This document shows, piece after piece, positions 57,889 to 64,000 of a stretch of DNA of 64,000 bases. The notes below the pieces were generated by a model. The model had not been told where the DNA came from. It was given only the letters and a program-made list of their open reading frames with translations, and did no database searches. The translations under genes were made by a program, and so were the position numbers. The DNA comes from Candidatus Bathyarchaeota archaeon. GTDB taxonomy: Archaea; Thermoproteota; Bathyarchaeia; 40CM-2-53-6; RBG-13-38-9. The stretch covers positions 608,001-672,000 of the forward strand of contig CAWECG010000003.1 of assembly GCA_963807605.1 (NCBI GenBank). The letters are read 5' to 3'. The first letter of the stretch is position 1. Every line of letters begins with the position of its first letter.

Positions 57889-59082
57889 ATGCCGCCTGTT
57901 AAGATTCTCGACGACATATACTGGGTTGGCGCGGTGGACTGGGATTTAAGGCACTTCCACGGTTACACCTTCTCTATCCATCGCGGAACAACCTACAATA
58001 GTTACCTGATTATGGACGACAAGATCGCTCTTGTCGATAGTGTTTATGGTCCCTTCGCAAAAGAGCTGATAGAAAAGATCAGCGAAATAGTCCCACCCGA
58101 GAAGATTGACTATGTGATCGCTAACCATGTCGAGACGGACCATTCGGGCGCAATATCTGAGGTTATGAAGCTCGCCCCGAAAGCTAAGGTAGTTGGGACA
58201 GCCAGATGTAAACAGGGACTTTCCAAACATTACTTCGTCGATTGGGATTTTCAGGTTGTGAAGACTGGTGATGAGATAAATCTTGGTCGAAGAACTCTCA
58301 GATTCATTGAGGCTCCGATGCTACACTGGCCTGACAGCATGTTCACCTACATAGAGAAGGATGCTTTGCTGTTGCCGAACGATGCGTTTGGGCAACACCT
58401 AGCATCTTCGAAACGTTTCGATGATGAGAACGACGAAAACGTCATAATGACGGAGGCGGCGAAGTACTACGCCAATATCCTCTGGCCGCTCAGCGGCTTA
58501 GTACTAAGAAAGATCGATGAGATTCAGAAGCAGAACATCAAGATTAACATGATAGCGCCGAGTCACGGGATCATCTGGCGCAGCGACCCCATGAAGATTG
58601 TCAAAGCATACCTACACTGGGCAAAGGGAGAGGCTGAGAAGCGAATAGTAGTTATCTACGATACTATGTGGGGGAGCACGGAGAAGATGGCCAAGGCAAT
58701 AGTTGAAGGAATCTCAAGCCTGAATGTTGAGACAAAAATACTCAGAATACCGCAGTCAGATCGCGGAGACATCATTGCGGACCTGCTTGAGGCAAAGGGG
58801 GTACTTGTAGGGTCATCTACAATCAATAATAGTATTCTACCTACAGTAGCTCCCATCTTGGAAGACCTCAAAGGCCTGAAACCAGTAGGAAAGATTGCTG
58901 CGGCCTTCGGCTCTTATGGATGGGCTGGAGGATCGGTAAGAACAATTGAGGAAACATTCAAACAGGCCGGAATGACAACGGCATTGCCTGGATTGGCTAT
59001 TAACTGGGTTCCCAACAAACTAGAGATCAAGAAATGCTTCGACTTCGGAAGAGAATTTGCCGGAAAAATCGCAGCGCTGTGA
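57889..59082 (+). CDS. fprA: Flavodiiron protein (A-type flavoprotein)
   Basis: GTTYNSYLI, NHVETDHSG, HWPDSM, DAFGQH, PSHG, flavodoxin TMWGSTE and GSYGW. Confidence 0.95.
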   Translation: MPPVKILDDIYWVGAVDWDLRHFHGYTFSIHRGTTYNSYLIMDDKIALVDSVYGPFAKELIEKISEIVPPEKIDYVIANHVETDHSGAISEVMKLAPKAKVVGTARCKQGLSKHYFVDWDFQVVKTGDEINLGRRTLRFIEAPMLHWPDSMFTYIEKDALLLPNDAFGQHLASSKRFDDENDENVIMTEAAKYYANILWPLSGLVLRKIDEIQKQNIKINMIAPSHGIIWRSDPMKIVKAYLHWAKGEAEKRIVVIYDTMWGSTEKMAKAIVEGISSLNVETKILRIPQSDRGDIIADLLEAKGVLVGSSTINNSILPTVAPILEDLKGLKPVGKIAAAFGSYGWAGGSVRTIEETFKQAGMTTALPGLAINWVPNKLEIKKCFDFGREFAGKIAAL

Positions 59083-59292
59083 TCTTGCCAAGCAGTTTTC
59101 CTAGTTAATGATTGAACTGTCTAGTGTGCTAGCGAGCCCTCCGTCGAACGCGCGCGTCGCTATCCGGAACATGAGATCTGAGTATGCCTAGAACTTCAGA
59201 CTAGCCGGTTGAGGTGTAGAGTAGAACACTAATTTATCTAAGAGGTCTATTGATTTTGAAGCACTGTCAAAGCTCCTTGCGAGATTCTTTCA

Positions 59293-60354
59293 ATGCAACC
59301 AGTAATCCTTCACGTAGACTTGGATTCATTCTACGCTTCCGTGGAGGAGCTGCGCAACAAAGAGATTAAGGGAAAACCTGTTGTAATCTGCGTCTTCTCT
59401 GGTCGATCGGCGGATAGCGGAGCCGTCAGTACTGCCAACTACAAGGCTCGAGAGTTGGGGATAAGGGCAGGGATGCCGATCGTATTCGCGAGGCGCCTTG
59501 CCAAGGACAAGGATGTTGCATTTCTACCAATGGACATTGAGTACTACCGCACTGTCTCTGAAAGGATAATGACAATTCTTGAGGAGGAGGCTGATGCCAC
59601 CCAGCAGGCGAGTATCGATGAAGCCTATCTGGACGTTACATCGAGGTCTGAAGGGAGTTGGGAGAAAGCACTGAAGATAGCGGATAAGATTAAGAGAAGA
59701 ATAAACGAGGAGGAGAAGCTTACCTGTTCAATAGGCGTAGGTCCAAACAAACTCGTGGCAAAGATGGCTTCAAGCTTCAAGAAGCCAGATGGCCTGACAA
59801 TTGTAAGGGAGACGGAGGTACAGAAATTCTTTGAACACCTGTCTCTTATTGATATTCATGGAATCGGAAGCAAGACCGCCGAAGCACTAGACGAACTAGG
59901 AATAAGAACAACGAAAGAATTAGCAAGCGCTGATTTGAAGATACTTGAAGCGACGTTCGGGAAGAACAAGGCAAGGCTGCTTCAAGACAAAGCACAAGGT
60001 ATAGACGAGTCTTCTGTCGAGCAGACAGAACCCCAACAGATATCACGTATCGGAACTCTGAAAGAGGACACTGACAGCCTAGAGACGATACTGCAGAAGA
60101 TCAGCGAACTTGCAGTGGACATGAAGGCAAAGATAGAAAAGAAGAAAGTAACATTCAGGACAATTTCAATAATCACAATAGACACTACCCTTAAAGCCCA
60201 AACAAAGAGTGAGACTATCCAGCAGACAGATGACCTCGAAACAATAGTGCGAGTAGCAAGATCTCTGTTGGAAATGTTCTTTGAAGATAACCCAGGGAAG
60301 AAACTACGAAGAGTTGGAATACGTGTCTCTAACCTTAGGCGAAAAGAAGGTTGA
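59293..60354 (+). CDS. dinB: Y-family DNA polymerase IV (DinB/Dpo4)
   Basis: HVDLDSFYASVE, NY.AR..G, SIDEAYLD, NKLVAKMAS...KP.G, RRVGIRV. Confidence 0.93.
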   Translation: MQPVILHVDLDSFYASVEELRNKEIKGKPVVICVFSGRSADSGAVSTANYKARELGIRAGMPIVFARRLAKDKDVAFLPMDIEYYRTVSERIMTILEEEADATQQASIDEAYLDVTSRSEGSWEKALKIADKIKRRINEEEKLTCSIGVGPNKLVAKMASSFKKPDGLTIVRETEVQKFFEHLSLIDIHGIGSKTAEALDELGIRTTKELASADLKILEATFGKNKARLLQDKAQGIDESSVEQTEPQQISRIGTLKEDTDSLETILQKISELAVDMKAKIEKKKVTFRTISIITIDTTLKAQTKSETIQQTDDLETIVRVARSLLEMFFEDNPGKKLRRVGIRVSNLRRKEG

Positions 60355-60448
60355 GAAATCCCCGGAAGCCTGGACAAGTTTCTAAATTGAGAGGACGAAG
60401 ATCCAATTTCGTGTACTGACTCACATATCGAGGGGGAACAGTCAGCTT

Positions 60449-60766
60449 CTAGCCTGGGAAGAGGTATGGTAATGATTGGGCAGCAGACGGGGGCATACCT
60501 TTTTTTCGTTTGGCTGTATGATGATAAGCTTTGACTTTCTTAACCATTAAGATGCCTGATTGCGATATTACGTTGTAGCTTTCGGGTGCAAGTTTATTCA
60601 AAGACTGTCTCAGAGCCCCTCTGACCACAGAGTTTGACAGCACTTTATCGATCTCTATCTTCTTGTGATGTGCTTTGAGGGTCGTCTGCAGTTTCTTCTG
60701 TAGAATTCCAGTAAGATCTTCTATGTCGCCCTCAAATTCCGAGGCATCGATCTCCAAGTTCGTCAC
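60449..60766 (-). CDS. Small basic protein, possibly ribosomal protein eL22-like
   Basis: ID.SE....L...L..KL...S...VR..LR..L.K....Y.VI pattern recalled from eL22 homologues; not verified. Confidence 0.4.
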   Translation of the reverse strand: MTNLEIDASEFEGDIEDLTGILQKKLQTTLKAHHKKIEIDKVLSNSVVRGALRQSLNKLAPESYNVISQSGILMVKKVKAYHHTAKRKKGMPPSAAQSLPYLFPG

Positions 60767-60862
60767 ACCTGTTAAGATTGATCAGTCTCTAGGATAACAA
60801 GTTTAGCATGTGAATGGCTCTTAACCATCTCTAATACGGCTAAGACGCAAATGAATATCTGA

Positions 60863-61441
60863 TTACGTGCGAATTAATTCCCCCGTCGTTCTGTCAAGCT
60901 TAGCCGGCGGATAGATGATGCGCGTGCCATCCACCTGAGCCCAAGGCGTAATATTATGGGGTTGACGACCGGTCAGGCCCATAATGTGTTCAACTCTGAT
61001 ACCTCGTATGGTCAACGCGTCCGCGATTAGGAGGCGATGGCACCGCCAAGGAACAGCCTCCGCACACATCACTGTGATCTGCTCACGCCTCGCCAGACGA
61101 ATCAGTACTTGTAGATTTTCCTCAAACTCGTTATTCTGCATGTAGTCGGCAAAACCTCGAAAGGAGGAGTTACGCCAACCCATGTTCATCGAATCGGGTC
61201 TGGGATGACGCAGGCCGCCAAGACCTGGAAGATGTATGTAACCTATGTCTGCTGCGGCTAGGTTAGCAGGGAGGGTTTCCTGATTGAATTGTGGAACGTG
61301 ACGGGAGCGCGGCACAGTACGTACGTCCACAACCGTTCTCACAGCGTGTGCTTGCAGGAGACGAGTGAAATCCTCCAGTGTCCGTGTGGAATGTCCAACA
61401 GTCAAGATTGTTATGCCCTGCGTTTCATGAGAGAGACTCAT
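60863..61441 (-). CDS. DUF488 family protein
   Basis: TVGHS.R, VDVR..P.SR..PQFN, LGG.R, MCAE..PWRCHR.LIAD. Confidence 0.9.
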   Translation of the reverse strand: MSLSHETQGITILTVGHSTRTLEDFTRLLQAHAVRTVVDVRTVPRSRHVPQFNQETLPANLAAADIGYIHLPGLGGLRHPRPDSMNMGWRNSSFRGFADYMQNNEFEENLQVLIRLARREQITVMCAEAVPWRCHRLLIADALTIRGIRVEHIMGLTGRQPHNITPWAQVDGTRIIYPPAKLDRTTGELIRT

Positions 61442-61473
61442 TTCAGGCGCTCCTCCGATACGGCTAGCGCGCG

Positions 61474-61992
61474 CTAGTCAATCTCATAACTCAGCTTGTA
61501 TTCTTGAATTAGCGCCAGCAGCGCTTCTGCATTTCCTTTTGCGTCATTCACGGGGTTGTGGTCGTGTGGGGTTTTTCTCAGGTATTTGAACGAACCAAAT
61601 AGATTCTTGGTCAGGCCTTTGTAAAGGGAGTTCAGATTTTGTGATGAGTGACCGAAGGGGTTTCTTTCCAAGAATGTGTGAAAATACCAACATACGAACA
61701 TCCAATCAAACCCGTTGTTATCTGAGATGAATATTGGCTTTCTCGCTGATACTTGATGGATCCATCTTTCAAAATCAGTCATCACGTGTAGAGGGTCGTC
61801 GAATGTAAGGGTTTGTTCTCTTGTATAGCCTGTTATTGCCAGCGCTTCAGGAACATATACGTCTGATATAGGTCGAAGTCTGCCATGAAAAATACGTTCC
61901 AGACCAAGTTCAACGGCTACAGCGCCTAATTCGATCATGGAGTATTTGCCAGGGATTGGTCCGTCAGCCTCCACATCAACCATAACGTACAT
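61474..61992 (-). CDS. DEDDh 3'-5' exonuclease domain protein
   Basis: VDVEADGP, FDW.F..WYF, NPFG, H.P..DA. Confidence 0.85.
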   Translation of the reverse strand: MYVMVDVEADGPIPGKYSMIELGAVAVELGLERIFHGRLRPISDVYVPEALAITGYTREQTLTFDDPLHVMTDFERWIHQVSARKPIFISDNNGFDWMFVCWYFHTFLERNPFGHSSQNLNSLYKGLTKNLFGSFKYLRKTPHDHNPVNDAKGNAEALLALIQEYKLSYEID

Positions 61993-62086
61993 AGTTCTCT
62001 CAACACAGAATGCTTGCTTTACGCTTAAAAGAATCAGCACTACTTAGGTATTGGATTAGCGACCGGTAACAAAGAAGAGGCACACC

Positions 62087-62596
62087 ATGTTTACGATACA
62101 GGAGCTGTACAACTATTCATCCCGCGTTCGTAGTAGCTTTGCTGAGAAGCTTACTGAGTTGCCTTGGGCAGAGGTGGAGAAGAATAGGGAAGCAAGCTTC
62201 TACAGTATGAAGAATATTCTAATTCATATGATCGACAACGAAGATTGGATTGTAAACTGGGTTATTCACAACAAATCGACAGAGTACAGGCGAAGAAAGT
62301 CTGAGGAATATACTAACACGCAAATGATACTTGAGCATCTAGAAGAAGTTGCCAGGAAGACTAGGTCTTATATCGAGAATATTGACGAAAGCGAACTTAA
62401 GAGAAGAGTAAAATTCACCACCTCAACAGGACAGATATTTGATCTCTCTGTGGAAGAATGCCTCTTTCAATCATTCACAGAGCAGCTCTATCACATAGGC
62501 GAATTGACAGCCTTGCTATGGCAGCAAAATATTGAACCACCCAAGATGCAGTGGTTCTGGAACAATCCTAGAGAGCCAAACATGCGCCAAAGTTAA
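62087..62596 (+). CDS. DinB/YfiT four-helix-bundle family protein
   Basis: S....L.H....E..W, E..H.GEL..LL.Q....PP. Confidence 0.8.
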   Translation: MFTIQELYNYSSRVRSSFAEKLTELPWAEVEKNREASFYSMKNILIHMIDNEDWIVNWVIHNKSTEYRRRKSEEYTNTQMILEHLEEVARKTRSYIENIDESELKRRVKFTTSTGQIFDLSVEECLFQSFTEQLYHIGELTALLWQQNIEPPKMQWFWNNPREPNMRQS

Positions 62597-62687
62597 GAGA
62601 TGAAGCTTACGCCCACGTGCACTTATATTTCAGGCTGAAGGGGCTACCTTAGCGCGGGCTTCTGATATAGCGCGTGCTGGCGGAATT

Positions 62688-63416
62688 CTAAAACTGCAAT
62701 TCGCCGTTGATGAATCTTCTAGTTATTTCATTGCTGGGATGTGTGAAAAAGTCTTGAGGACTTGCATGTTTCAGTATTCTGCCATAATGGATGTGGACTA
62801 TGCTGTCGGCTAATCGTTTCGCCTGATGTAGGTTGTGGGTGGCCAATATGATGGTGCATTCACTTTCTTTCTCTATCTTCTTGATGGTATTCTCTAGAAT
62901 TATGGCGTTAGTGGGGTCCAAGTTTGCTGTAGGCTCATCCAGAAGTAGGAATTCCGGTTTCAGCACAAATGCTCTAGCCAAGGCAACCCGTTGCTGCTCC
63001 CCACCTGAAAGCTCTTTTGCTCTTCTCTTTTGAAAATCTGCTAGCCCCACGGAAGTCAATACATCAGTTACTCTTTTCTTAATTTCTTCTTTCTCGAATC
63101 CTCTGATCGTGAGTCCAAAACTCACATTACCATATACGCTCGTGTTAAACATCACAGTACTTTGGAAAACCAGAGTAGAGATCTGCCGCAACTGCTGCGA
63201 GGTCATCTTCCTAGAGTTGAGGAGAATATCGCCTCCGCTCGGATCTTCCAAGCCAGCCAAGATTCTAAGAAGTGTCGTCTTCCCACAACCGTTCATTCCT
63301 AGGATTGCTACTATCTGACCGCCTTCAACTTCCAGCGTTACTGAATCTAGCGCCTTGATGTTGCCATATGCCTTATCGACTTTCTCGAGTAGAAGTCTGC
63401 CATCCATCCACCTCAA
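62688..63416 (-). CDS. ABC transporter ATP-binding subunit (tungstate TupC-like)
   Basis: G.NG.GKTT, LSGGEQQR, LLLDEPT, THN; follows TupB-like permease. Confidence 0.85.
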   Translation of the reverse strand: MRWMDGRLLLEKVDKAYGNIKALDSVTLEVEGGQIVAILGMNGCGKTTLLRILAGLEDPSGGDILLNSRKMTSQQLRQISTLVFQSTVMFNTSVYGNVSFGLTIRGFEKEEIKKRVTDVLTSVGLADFQKRRAKELSGGEQQRVALARAFVLKPEFLLLDEPTANLDPTNAIILENTIKKIEKESECTIILATHNLHQAKRLADSIVHIHYGRILKHASPQDFFTHPSNEITRRFINGELQF

Positions 63417-64000
63417 CTCCTTCTGAAAAGATTGAGCACAACAGTAATCGAGAAGACTATTATCATGAGAATTATTCCAAGGCTGATGCTTAACGCAATT
63501 TCTCCCATCGCTGTCTCCAGTGCTATGGCTGTTGTCAGCATCCTTGTTACATAGCGGATGTTGCCTCCAATCATCATCGCTATACCAAGCTCGGCTATCG
63601 CTCTGTTGAAGGATGCAACGATTGCTAAGAAAACGCCTGAGATGGCTTCCCGCATGATCGCGACACTTGTTTGAAGATTCGAGGCGCCTAGAGTTCTAGC
63701 GAGATCTCTCAGTTGAACATCCGTAGACTCTATGGTACCACTTGCGAAGCTGATGACTATGGGTGCGACAAGTACTGATTCTCCTATAGCCATCCCTAAG
63801 GGTGTATAAAGCAGCTGGAAAACACCCAACGGCCCACTCCTTGAAAACAACAAATAGAAGACAAGACCCAGAGCGACCGTCGGAATTCCAAGGAGTGCAT
63901 TGAAAACACTTTGCACTAATCTCTTACCGCGGAACGATGAAAGTCCAAGAAGAGCGGCAAAAGGCAGCCCCCATGCGCATGCCATTATTGTGGCCAATCC
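63413..64000 (-). CDS. tupB: Tungstate ABC transporter permease (TupB-like), 5' end outside window
   Basis: F.GK, PTV..GL..YLL.SR.GPLG, FNRAIAE.G..MMIGGNI...TR..TTAI.LET. Confidence 0.85.
   Translation of the reverse strand, partial: GLATIMACAWGLPFAALLGLSSFRGKRLVQSVFNALLGIPTVALGLVFYLLFSRSGPLGVFQLLYTPLGMAIGESVLVAPIVISFASGTIESTDVQLRDLARTLGASNLQTSVAIMREAISGVFLAIVASFNRAIAELGIAMMIGGNIRYVTRMLTTAIALETAMGEIALSISLGIILMIIVFSITVVLNLFRRS

Overview
Archaeal chromosomal window, most consistent with a TACK lineage such as Bathyarchaeia. This is inferred from gene content: Alba, a structural-type EndA subunit, tRNAs with non-canonical BHB introns, an unlinked 5S rRNA and a non-pyrrolysine MttB. Core blocks are nfi-ribK-ribL-dph5-tRNA-Lys, HTH-CBS/YchF/map/DUF1512/5S, and tRNA-Arg-dcd-PRT-mtnA-endA(beta)-hisS. 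They alternate with accessory stretches. (i) 2.7-10 kb holds paralogues or remnants of informational genes (TBP pseudogene, Alba, OB-fold SSB, pelota-like, HflX). (ii) 11-31 kb is an anaerobic catabolic island (ADP-forming acyl-CoA synthetases, Fe-ADH, three extended SDRs, two Mer-like LLMs, CoA-transferase, DUF362 proteins, corrinoid protein plus MttB, cyclases). (iii) 36-50 kb is a mosaic with several pseudogenes and a cluster of Tyr/Gln/Pro-rich low-complexity proteins. (iv) 55-64 kb holds single accessory genes. The most notable observations are four. A tRNA-Lys has a strict BHB intron at position 9/10 and a 5' leader complementary to its own 3' acceptor strand, a possible splicing conformational switch. 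A TAGCGCGCGCTA-type palindrome recurs at gene boundaries of accessory DNA. Prion-like MSYYPY-initiated proteins form a small cluster. Finally, there is a His-to-Asn histidine kinase and a DNA Pol IV whose PCNA-binding tail lies behind an in-frame UGA. All calls are by eye; no database searches were run.
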